The position numbers and the translations under genes were made by a program. Shown one piece after another: positions 16,295-24,274 of a DNA stretch of 24,274 nt. This DNA is from Candidatus Nanohaloarchaea archaeon (lineage in GTDB: Archaea; Nanohalarchaeota; Nanosalinia; Nanosalinales; Nanosalinaceae). The notes below the pieces were generated by a model that was not told the DNA's origin, searched no databases, and saw only the letters and a program-made list of their open reading frames with translations. The stretch lies in NCBI GenBank assembly GCA_041640075.1, contig JBEQAY010000013.1:1-24274 (forward strand), in the 5' to 3' direction. The stretch's first letter is position 1. Each line of letters begins with the position of its first letter.

Positions 16295-17065
16295 TCACTT
16301 CCATTCGAAGCTCTTGGCGTCGAAATCTTCATCCAGTCTTACTTCTTCGGAGTCGGAATCTTCTTCAGAACTGCCCTCTGAACTTGTCCGGGATTGTTTC
16401 TCACTACTTTCCTGTTCTCTGGACTTAGCTTTACTTTGTCCTGAACCAAGCTGTAATGGAGATCCAGAACCGGATCCTGCACCCAGTTGTCCTCCGATCT
16501 TGTCGATGGCTTCGTCTTTCCCTCCTGGCTCGTCCTCGGGAATCTCATCCACTTCTCCGTTACTTGCTGATTCGTCCTTGAACTTCTGTGAGTCCGGATG
16601 AGCCTCTTTCGTGGTCTGTCCGAAATCAGAGTCAAATGACGCCATCTTGTCTTTTATCTCATCGAGGTTCTTCTTGGCCTCTTCATGCGGCTGGAAGATC
16701 GCACCTGTAGGTGTTCCTGAGGTTTCCTCGTCCTCGAAACGCGGGAAAACCTGTATATATGCGTGTGGAACCATCTGTCCAGCAGCCTCACCTACATTCA
16801 TAGTTACCGAAACACCGTCAGCCCCAAGACCCTGCTTCGCTTTGTCAACAACTTTTCTAACCAGATTCATAGCTTCCTGATACTCTGCCGGGCTGAACTC
16901 CTCTATAGAACCCATATGCTCTTTAGGGACGATCATCGTGTATCCTTTGGCTCTTGGATTGATATCCAGCCATGCGTAGAAGTTATCGGTTTCACCGACC
17001 ACTTTCAACTGTGACGGGTTCTCAATCAACTGACAGAACGGACACTGATCTCCTTGAGGTGGCAT
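16295..17065 (-). CDS. HIT-fold protein with a degenerate triad and a long acidic C-terminal tail
   Basis: CPFC, AWLDINPRAKGYTMIVPKEH, GEAAGQMVPHAYIQVFPRF. Confidence 0.9.
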   Translation of the reverse strand: MPPQGDQCPFCQLIENPSQLKVVGETDNFYAWLDINPRAKGYTMIVPKEHMGSIEEFSPAEYQEAMNLVRKVVDKAKQGLGADGVSVTMNVGEAAGQMVPHAYIQVFPRFEDEETSGTPTGAIFQPHEEAKKNLDEIKDKMASFDSDFGQTTKEAHPDSQKFKDESASNGEVDEIPEDEPGGKDEAIDKIGGQLGAGSGSGSPLQLGSGQSKAKSREQESSEKQSRTSSEGSSEEDSDSEEVRLDEDFDAKSFEWK

Positions 17066-17211
17066 AAATCGTTTCTTGTTGACTGACCCATTTAATTCTA
17101 TTCAGTTGCCGTGAAGCATTTCCTCCAGTTTTTAAAGATGTGAGCCCACAACATGTATTACGTAGTTTGGAAGCACAGTTTCCAGATTTACATTCAAAGG
17201 TGAATTTACCT

Positions 17212-17574
17212 ATGCCAGAAGATTCTGAATACGACGACGAAGATTTTGACGCACAGTTCCAGCAAAAACCTGTCGAAGAAGAAAGTGAAGACCAAGAACC
17301 AGAGCCTGAACCTGTAGAAGAGGAACAGGAAGAACCTGAACCAGAAGAAGAAACTACTGAAGAATCAGGCGAAGAGGAAGAAGATCTTGACAAACCTGTC
17401 AGCGAAGGAGAATTTACAGAAGTAGAGATCGAGGACCTAGGAAGCAAAGGCGACGGAATCGCAAGGAAAGAAGGATTCGTAATCTTCGTTCCAGGCGGAG
17501 AAGTAGGAGAGACCTACGAGATCGAAGTCACATCTGTTGGAAGAAAGTTCGCGTTCGGAGAAATCGCAGAATAG
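17212..17574 (+). CDS. TRAM-domain protein with an acidic N-terminal extension
   Basis: PVSEGE...IEDLGSKGDGIARKEGFVIFVPG...VGRKFAFGE; SD AGGTGA before ATG 17212. Confidence 0.92.
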   Translation: MPEDSEYDDEDFDAQFQQKPVEEESEDQEPEPEPVEEEQEEPEPEEETTEESGEEEEDLDKPVSEGEFTEVEIEDLGSKGDGIARKEGFVIFVPGGEVGETYEIEVTSVGRKFAFGEIAE

Positions 17575-17628
17575 TAAACACAAACAACTTATCTCCAAAA
17601 CCAACTTTTCCCCACATAATTTTTCTTT

Positions 17629-18267
17629 TCAATCAAAAAGATGTCCTAACTTTCTCAGGTAGATAACTGCCGATACTACAGTCAGTAAGAACGCTACACC
17701 TGAAACTACAGAGAAAAGCTCAACCTCTACAGGAAGAGTCGCATGAACACCAAGACTGTAATCAACGAAGTCATTGACTAGAAACCATAGAACCGCGGTC
17801 AAACCAGCTTTCAAACTTAAATCAGAGTATCTCAGGACCAGAAACGCCTGCAGGAACATCAACAGGTGTGAAAAAGTGATGAAGAGATAAAGATAGATCG
17901 ATGTAGTGGCTATTAACTCCTGAAAGAAATAAAGTTGAACGAAAACAGTCCAGAGCCCATATTTCAGATTCCCTACGAATGCTAGAGCATCGATAAGGCT
18001 GTTCGAGCGGTTGTAAAGAAAGAGAGTCAGGGAGAAAGCTATGAAAAGCGTTGAAAGTGGAGAATCTGGTATCAGAGGCCAGAGAGAAAATTTTTGGGAA
18101 AGTAATAGGTCTCTGTACCAGTAAAATCCAAAAGCTGTACCCGCAAGGTTTGCAAGTACAATAATTTTTACCAGAAGACGGTTCTCAAGAACTCTATCAA
18201 AAATATCCTCAGAAAACAAGGTTAAAGTATTCAAACCTGCTATATAATCCTTTATTTTCTCTTTCAT
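17629..18267 (-). CDS. DUF1405-like membrane protein
   Basis: NLAGTAFGFYWY, WPLIPDSP, KYGLWT, SH and NDFVDY...H motifs. Confidence 0.85.
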   Translation of the reverse strand: MKEKIKDYIAGLNTLTLFSEDIFDRVLENRLLVKIIVLANLAGTAFGFYWYRDLLLSQKFSLWPLIPDSPLSTLFIAFSLTLFLYNRSNSLIDALAFVGNLKYGLWTVFVQLYFFQELIATTSIYLYLFITFSHLLMFLQAFLVLRYSDLSLKAGLTAVLWFLVNDFVDYSLGVHATLPVEVELFSVVSGVAFLLTVVSAVIYLRKLGHLFD

Positions 18268-18276
18268 GAGATCTTG

Positions 18277-19416
18277 CTAGATTTTCTTCGCTTCTACAGA
18301 GTTTAAAGCTGTTTCTACAAGTTTTTCTACATCTATACGTTCTTCCTTCTTCTCAAGTTCCTGTTTATCCATACGTGTCGCAGGGCTTTCAGGGGCAAGA
18401 GTGTCGCAGGCAGATTCTATAGTTGCCTCTTCAAATGTACCGAGTTCTCTGGCCCGTGAAGTTATCTCATACTTGTTATCTGTTAAAAGAGGTCTCAAAA
18501 TGTTCTTCTCGACAGCTTCTGAGGTAAGTTCAAGGTTTGAAGCTGTCTGAGAGGATTTCTGCGCCATAGATTCTCCTGTTACAATACCGGATAATTCTTC
18601 GTCCTCTGAAATTTTTTCAGCCACTCTGAACATTATCCTGCGGTGTATAAGCATTCTTCCCTTATCAACTCCATCCATGAGTTTCCTGTTAACTTCTTCC
18701 ATGTCAACTATGTAGATTTTCCAGTCACGTGACGGATTAAATCTCTTCAATTTCTTTATAACTGATTTAAAGCGTAGCAGATGATCTTCAGCAGCTACAG
18801 GTTTGTTATAGAAGTAGATTGGCGTAATTTTCGAACCTTTTTTCATAACTTCGTGCGCAGCCACTGGCGAGTCTATACCTCCGCTTATAAGGGCGGCAAG
18901 ATCGTCACCTGTGCCTACAGGAAATCCTTGGGGTCCCTGCAATCTTTTCGTGAACACGAATGTCTCATCGAACCTTGTATCCACTTCTACAAGAGTTTCA
19001 GGATTGTCAAGATCAACTTCAGAGCCTTTATTTTCTACGACATAGGTTCCAAGCTCCCTTTCGATATCCTGGCTGTCGAATTCGTGTTTTCCTGCCCTGC
19101 TGGCCTCTATGCCAAATTTTTCTCCTATCTCGAACTGATTTACAGCTTGTTTCATGGCTTCTATACTGTTTTCGGTTGAGATTGCAGGAGATGTGGATGC
19201 CACTCCTGGAACCTCTGCGATATATTCCGCTACTTTCTCCGGGTTTTCCACACCAGTACAGATTATACGGCCAGGCCCTGTTGATACCGACTCGAAACTC
19301 TCGTCCTCGTATTTGATCCTGTCCTCTATCCTCTGCCTGAGGACTTTGGTCATATCCGATCGTACCTTATCCGATTTTGTTCCAAGCTCGCCGTATCTGA
19401 CGACAACTTTATCCAT
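18277..19416 (-). CDS. thiI: tRNA 4-thiouridine synthase ThiI (THUMP + PP-loop, no rhodanese domain)
   Basis: VVVRYGELGTKS, GFPVGT, LISGGIDSPVA, VTGES, ILRPL; start placed at MDKVVVRY. Confidence 0.95.
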   Translation of the reverse strand: MDKVVVRYGELGTKSDKVRSDMTKVLRQRIEDRIKYEDESFESVSTGPGRIICTGVENPEKVAEYIAEVPGVASTSPAISTENSIEAMKQAVNQFEIGEKFGIEASRAGKHEFDSQDIERELGTYVVENKGSEVDLDNPETLVEVDTRFDETFVFTKRLQGPQGFPVGTGDDLAALISGGIDSPVAAHEVMKKGSKITPIYFYNKPVAAEDHLLRFKSVIKKLKRFNPSRDWKIYIVDMEEVNRKLMDGVDKGRMLIHRRIMFRVAEKISEDEELSGIVTGESMAQKSSQTASNLELTSEAVEKNILRPLLTDNKYEITSRARELGTFEEATIESACDTLAPESPATRMDKQELEKKEERIDVEKLVETALNSVEAKKI

Positions 19417-19500
19417 GACAAAGTTAGAGACCGGCAACTCTGATAACTTAAACCCTGTAAATAGCCAGTCTTTAAATTTGAGATCTGACACAAATCAATC

Positions 19501-20115
19501 ATGGATAGGCCGTCCGACCAGCATTTTGAACTTGACAGGTTGAAAACATTATGTATTGTTTTGATTGCAATTCTGACAATCTCAACTGGCTCACTCTATC
19601 TACAGACACAGACATTACAGGAGGAAAACGTAGATACATTAAGAGAGGTAAATTCCCTTAACGATACTGTCCATGATCAAAGGAACATTATACAAGAACA
19701 GAATGAAACTATAGCTTTTGAGAGACAAAGAAATCACGATATAAAGATGGAAAATGGGCAGCTAAGAGAACTTGCAAGTCGTGCAATGGTTGAAGTTGAT
19801 TTCATAACCAGAAATGGGGATACTGTTGACATAGATTTCAATAACTACGGCAATACAACTGCAGAGAACATTGAAGCTACTTGTCAGGTATATAGAGAAG
19901 GGTCTGACGGTAGCTACGACTCATTTACAGCAAGTGTAAACAGTCTGGAAAACAGGACTACACGTACCGTCTCAGCCATACCAACAATCTCAGAAGAGGT
20001 TAGAAGTACCGACCAAGTCAGCTGTGAGGTAACCTCCTGTCAGGGAAACTGTAAACTTTTACAACAGAACATCGACAGGCCATATTCAGAACATCTTAGA
20101 CAGGACTTCAACTAG
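19501..20115 (+). CDS. Membrane-anchored protein: TM, coiled coil, Cys-containing beta domain
   Basis: N-terminal hydrophobic helix, heptad region, NYGNTTAENI, several NxT/S sequons, four C-terminal Cys. Confidence 0.8.
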   Translation: MDRPSDQHFELDRLKTLCIVLIAILTISTGSLYLQTQTLQEENVDTLREVNSLNDTVHDQRNIIQEQNETIAFERQRNHDIKMENGQLRELASRAMVEVDFITRNGDTVDIDFNNYGNTTAENIEATCQVYREGSDGSYDSFTASVNSLENRTTRTVSAIPTISEEVRSTDQVSCEVTSCQGNCKLLQQNIDRPYSEHLRQDFN

Positions 20116-20120
20116 AAAAA

Positions 20121-20209
20121 CGCCAGCGCCCGGATTTGAACCGGGGAGGCCGCATATGGGCCAGCAGATCTCGAATCTGCCGCGTTCAACCAGACTCCGC
20201 CACGCTGGC
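20121..20209 (-). tRNA. tRNA-Ser(CGA)
   Basis: GCCAGCG/CGCTGGC acceptor, G73, anticodon arm GCAGA-TTCGAGA-TCTGC, long variable arm, TTCAAAT T-loop; no encoded CCA. Confidence 0.96.
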
Positions 20210-20296
20210 ATGTAATGGATTTAGTTGGACCAAGTAAATTTTCCTCTTTCCTGTTTACCTGCTGTAGGTAGGATTTATTTCGAAAAGATTTTATTC

Positions 20297-21055
20297 CTAG
20301 TCAGTTGCCGCTCTATCTGTAATCACATAGCCGCTTCTCTGTTCCAGTAATCGGTCCTCCCATGAACTGTAACGGCTATCATCATCTACTACGACTTCCT
20401 CCAGCGCCCAGTTGTCTCTCCCTCTGGTTGCAACCATGTAGTTTTCTCCATCAACCAAAGCAAATCTTCCACCCGTGTTTAAAACCCTTCCAGCTTCTTC
20501 AAGTACTTTGTCTATAAAAAGTTCTTTGTATGCTTCTCCTCCTGTAAATGAGGCGTTAGTGCTTAAACTAGATTTTTCATCGACTCCAAGATCATCCCAG
20601 AGATCATTGTATATATCTGTTCGCTTTGCCTGTCTTCCTCCCGCTCTAGTTGCTATCCCTTTCCACGTGATAAGGCCTAGAGAGTTAGGAGCTACGACAA
20701 GGTCATACGAGTTATCTGCAAAAGGTAGGTCCAGTGCCGACGCCTGAAAGTAGTTCCCATCAACCTGGAAATCTGCATGTATGTCGATCCCAGAGACATC
20801 TGCTTCAGGGTTGCTTTCTGCTATCTCCTGAGTGGTGTATCCTTGACTGGATCCTACCTCAAGAACTTCAGGTTCCTCGTACCTGGATATCCATCGATCT
20901 ATATCCTCTAATACGTTTAATTCTTCCAGTCTTCCTCTATGTGTTTCCCGTGGATCCTCCCAGACCCGCATATCCGTGTCTTTTACAGCTTCCTGTATCT
21001 CCTGATCCTGTACAGGCGAGAGTATATCTTTCCACTCCTGCTTTGAGAACTCCAC
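20297..21055 (-). CDS. Class I SAM-dependent methyltransferase
   Basis: VLEVGSSQG, GIDI, ASALDLPFADNSYDLVV, RVLNTGG. Confidence 0.85.
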   Translation of the reverse strand: MEFSKQEWKDILSPVQDQEIQEAVKDTDMRVWEDPRETHRGRLEELNVLEDIDRWISRYEEPEVLEVGSSQGYTTQEIAESNPEADVSGIDIHADFQVDGNYFQASALDLPFADNSYDLVVAPNSLGLITWKGIATRAGGRQAKRTDIYNDLWDDLGVDEKSSLSTNASFTGGEAYKELFIDKVLEEAGRVLNTGGRFALVDGENYMVATRGRDNWALEEVVVDDDSRYSSWEDRLLEQRSGYVITDRAATD

Positions 21056-21153
21056 TGTAAAACCTGTAAGGAAGTATAATCTTTTGTAGATTTAGAAATT
21101 CATCAGAGAACCCCTCCGTTGGCTTGTTAAACCCGGGCCGCAAATTTTTCTCT

Positions 21154-21828
21154 ATGAAGTACGGATCAGTGATCTTTGACATGGACGGAGTGCTTTTGAA
21201 CTCTCTTGTTAGCGATGAGAAATGGAAATATGATGCAGTAAGAGAAGCTCTTGAAAGAGAGGGTCTGGACGTAAATAATGTTTCCAAGAAGGATCTTGAA
21301 AGATTTCTTGGAGATCTCGGAAGAGATGAGTGCATAGCAGTGTGCGAGGAGTACGGACTGGATGCTGCCGAGGTGTGGGAACTAGTTGCAGAGACCACGA
21401 ACCTCGCAAGGATTGAGAAAGTTAAGGACGATGATTTCAGGCTTTACAGCGATGCCAGAAGCTTTCTGGAAGCCCTGCATCCACGTGACCCTGGCATGGG
21501 TATAATAAGCAACGCACCTGAAAACGCCGTTAAGACGACTGTAAAGTTCTTCAACATCGAGAAATACTTCAACTACTACAGAGGAGTTGAAAGCTTCGAG
21601 GATCTAAGGAGGAGGAAGCCACATCCCGATCATATAGAGATAGCTGAGGCGGAGCTGAAGAGAAAACCTTTCCTCTACATAGGTGACAGGAAATCCGATA
21701 TAGAGGCTGCCAAGAATGCTGAACTGGATGCAGCGCTGGTTGACCGGGAGAACAGACATCCGGATGTGGACGCAGATTACAGAGTTTCGAATCTACAGGA
21801 GCTAGGTAAGGAACTGGGACTTTTCTGA
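21154..21828 (+). CDS. HAD family phosphatase
   Basis: IFDMDGVLLNS, IISN, KPHPD, IGDRKSD. Confidence 0.93.
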   Translation: MKYGSVIFDMDGVLLNSLVSDEKWKYDAVREALEREGLDVNNVSKKDLERFLGDLGRDECIAVCEEYGLDAAEVWELVAETTNLARIEKVKDDDFRLYSDARSFLEALHPRDPGMGIISNAPENAVKTTVKFFNIEKYFNYYRGVESFEDLRRRKPHPDHIEIAEAELKRKPFLYIGDRKSDIEAAKNAELDAALVDRENRHPDVDADYRVSNLQELGKELGLF

Positions 21829-21833
21829 GGTTT

Positions 21834-22913
21834 TCAGGTAAACTCAGCCATCGATCTCTGGCCTTTCCTTTTCTTCAGGTCGGAGACTCTCAAACCGACT
21901 CTCCTGACTATAACCTGTTCTTCATTCAGAAACTCCTCCAGCAGGTTTTCACCAACTTCAACAATCTTTTCCTGATCTCTGATACGGGCCTTGAGTGAGG
22001 TTGAACGCGTATGCATCTCTATATCTGTATCTATAACTATCAATGTCACAGAGCCAAAATCAACGTCTTTCTCCTCCAGAAAGTCTACGATATCCTGTGA
22101 AAGTTCCTCAAAGACTGATGAAATCTTTTCAAAACCTCTGGTGTTCTGATCGAGTGTCGTTATACGTGTAACCTGTTTCTGCATCGAGTCGCTGACCTCT
22201 GCATCATCTTCCCCACGAGCCTTCGCCTGAAGCTTCAATCCCTGTTTCTCACCGAACTCACGCACCAGCAGAGATGTTTCGGCCTCTGAAAGCTCTTTAA
22301 CAGAGTTTATACCGATGTTACGGAGCTTCTCCGCTGTTTTCTCCCCGATACCGTGGATCTCATCCAGCTCCAGGCTCTGCATGAACTCTTCAACTTTTTC
22401 AGGTCTGACTACTGTAAGTCCTTCAGGTTTTTCCTGGTCGGAGGCAATCTTGGCGACCAGCTTGTTAGAGGCTACACCTACTGAAGCAGTTACACCAAAT
22501 TCCTCAGGTATATGATCCCTGATTTTTCCAGCTGTTTTTTCTGCTTCCTGAAAGTTTTCTGTAGGGAGTTCAAGGTAGAATTCGTCTATCGAGGCTTTCT
22601 CGATTTTTTCAGCGTGTTCCGCAAGTATCTCGTCTTTTATTCTGTCGGAGAATCTGTCGTAGTATTCCTTGTCCATGCCCACGAAGTTGACGTTTTTCTC
22701 TGAGTTGTCTGCTATCTTTTTTGCGTTTTTTATCGGCATGGCTGCGTGTATCCCGAGTTCCCGGGCTTCGTAGCTGCAGGTTGAGACTGCTCCGGAGTCC
22801 TCTGTCCGTCCCGAATAGACGCAGACAACGATCGGCTCGTCTTCCAGATCTCTTCTCTCAGCCTCTACTGATGCGTAGAAGGCATCCATGTCGACGTGGA
22901 GGATTACTCCCAT
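21834..22913 (-). CDS. dinB: Y-family DNA polymerase IV (DinB/Dpo4)
   Basis: HVDMDAFYASVE, SYEAR, SIDE, SVGVASNKLVAKIASD, GIG, RRVGL. Confidence 0.96.
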   Translation of the reverse strand: MGVILHVDMDAFYASVEAERRDLEDEPIVVCVYSGRTEDSGAVSTCSYEARELGIHAAMPIKNAKKIADNSEKNVNFVGMDKEYYDRFSDRIKDEILAEHAEKIEKASIDEFYLELPTENFQEAEKTAGKIRDHIPEEFGVTASVGVASNKLVAKIASDQEKPEGLTVVRPEKVEEFMQSLELDEIHGIGEKTAEKLRNIGINSVKELSEAETSLLVREFGEKQGLKLQAKARGEDDAEVSDSMQKQVTRITTLDQNTRGFEKISSVFEELSQDIVDFLEEKDVDFGSVTLIVIDTDIEMHTRSTSLKARIRDQEKIVEVGENLLEEFLNEEQVIVRRVGLRVSDLKKRKGQRSMAEFT

Positions 22914-23018
22914 GAGGAAATTCTGGTGTGGAACTGATTTATCTCTGATGTTGCCGAGTGTTTTTGCAGGGGTAACGGTTTTAACTGACAGGATATTACC
23001 TTGTATTATCTGATATTC

Positions 23019-23987
23019 ATGAAAGCGATTATACTAGCTGGTGGCCATGCTACACGTCTCTGGCCCGTGACCAAGAACCGTGCCAAGCCTCTTCTACCGC
23101 TTGGTGAAAGACCTATAATTGACTACATAGTCGACGACATCGTTGACGAAGTCGACGAAATCATAATCTCGACAAATGAAAAATTCGCCGACGACTTCCG
23201 TGAATACACGCAGGAAAACGATATCGATGACACTGTCAGAGTCGTCGTGGAGAACCAGGACTCCGAAGAGGAGAAACCCGGAACCATCGGCGCCATAATA
23301 AATCTCATCGATCAGGAGGATCTTGACGACGACCTTATCATAGTCGGTGGGGACAATTACCAGAGCTTTGATGGTTCAGAGTTCGTGGAGTTCTGCAGAG
23401 AGAAAGAATCTCCTGCGAACGTGGTTTACGACGTGGAAAACCTTGATTTCGCGACCCAGTTCGGTATCGTGGATGTCGAGGGTGAGCAGATCGTGGACTT
23501 CGAGGAGAAGCCCGAGGAACCTCCTTCCACGCTTGCCTCGATCGCCTGGTACTTCTTCCCAGAAGATCAGATTGACCTGTTCAACCAGTACGAGGAACAT
23601 TTCCAGGATACAGATATTCCTCAGGAGCAGTACCTGGATGAACCCGGCCGTCTCATCGAGTGGGCACATGACCGTACAGACATGTACGCGTTCAGCTTTG
23701 ACGGAGAATGGTTCGACGTCGGAACACCTGAAGGCTACCTGAACGCTACAGCAGCTCTTACAGAGGGAAACGTTGTGAACGGCGAGGTAGAGGCTTCAGA
23801 GCTGGGGGAGGATGTTGTTGTGATGGAAGGCGCCAAGGTAAAGAACTCGGAGCTTGAAAACACGATTGTCTTCCCGAACGCAGAGATCAGAGACTCAAAC
23901 GTCCGGAACTCGATCATAGATCAGTACTCGGATGTTGAAGACGTCGATCTGAACGACGCACTGATAGGGGAACATACCTCTATCTAA
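23019..23987 (+). CDS. Sugar-phosphate nucleotidyltransferase (NDP-sugar synthase)
   Basis: MKAIILAGGHATRLWP...KPLLP, EEKP, WFDVGT, C-terminal beta-helix-like repeats. Confidence 0.94.
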   Translation: MKAIILAGGHATRLWPVTKNRAKPLLPLGERPIIDYIVDDIVDEVDEIIISTNEKFADDFREYTQENDIDDTVRVVVENQDSEEEKPGTIGAIINLIDQEDLDDDLIIVGGDNYQSFDGSEFVEFCREKESPANVVYDVENLDFATQFGIVDVEGEQIVDFEEKPEEPPSTLASIAWYFFPEDQIDLFNQYEEHFQDTDIPQEQYLDEPGRLIEWAHDRTDMYAFSFDGEWFDVGTPEGYLNATAALTEGNVVNGEVEASELGEDVVVMEGAKVKNSELENTIVFPNAEIRDSNVRNSIIDQYSDVEDVDLNDALIGEHTSI

Positions 23988-24013
23988 AAACCCAAATTTT
24001 TTCTCTCATATTT

Positions 24014-24274
24014 TTATTCTCGGTAGTCCTCTACTACATCGTTCTCAAGTACGCTTTCATCGTGGTAAACACCTTCATCGGCGAATTCCTGGTAGTCGTC
24101 TTCAGCGTAGTTTTCTTCCATCAGATAGTCCTGAACCACTTCCTCACCGTATATCTCAGCGTTCTCTCCAAGAACCATGGCCTCGTACTCCTGTCCGGCG
24201 AAGCTTCCTCTCTCCCTGTAGAGACCTTCATCTACCTCGACTTGGTAGACTTCACGGTACTCATCGATAAGTTC
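24014..24274 (-). CDS. 3' part of an acidic hypothetical protein, truncated by the window edge
   Basis: Open frame ELIDEYREVYQVEVDEGLYRERG...ENDVVEDYRE* ending in TAA at 24014-24016. Confidence 0.75.
   Translation of the reverse strand, partial: ELIDEYREVYQVEVDEGLYRERGSFAGQEYEAMVLGENAEIYGEEVVQDYLMEENYAEDDYQEFADEGVYHDESVLENDVVEDYRE

Noticed and set aside
19417..19491. Extended ThiI N-terminus
   Set aside because: Covers the divergent promoter region; family homology starts at MDKVVVRYGE
1..24274. CRISPR array, transposase, integrase, intein or recoded stops
   Set aside because: No regularly spaced repeats or such protein motifs seen; the conserved genes are uninterrupted and of normal length

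Overview
An archaeal chromosomal segment. The soluble proteins are very Asp/Glu-rich, GC is moderate, gene spacing is compact, promoters are TATA-type and the tRNAs lack an encoded CCA. This fits a salt-in extreme halophile, most plausibly Nanohaloarchaeota (DPANN); the assignment is an inference. The window holds translation genes (intron-containing tRNA-Cys(GCA), tRNA-Ser(CGA), a stand-alone 5S rRNA, cysS, ileS, thiI, a TRAM protein). It also holds many nucleotide-acting genes (three Nudix genes with four domains, NDT/Rcl-like, HIT-like, DHH, HAD, MBL, dinB), two methyltransferases, a GATase, a GNAT, an NDP-sugar synthase and several orphan or membrane proteins. Most notable are short, mostly triloop hairpins in the tRNA-Cys intron and leader, and a 51-bp in-frame, direct-repeat-flanked insertion inside a Nudix box; together these suggest a candidate miniature palindromic insertion system. 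Also notable: a tRNA-Cys with A18/G55, a HIT protein lacking its catalytic His, tandem orphan paralogs sharing an identical 16-bp upstream motif, a switch-like structured leader, and a 44-aa gene missed by the ORF track.
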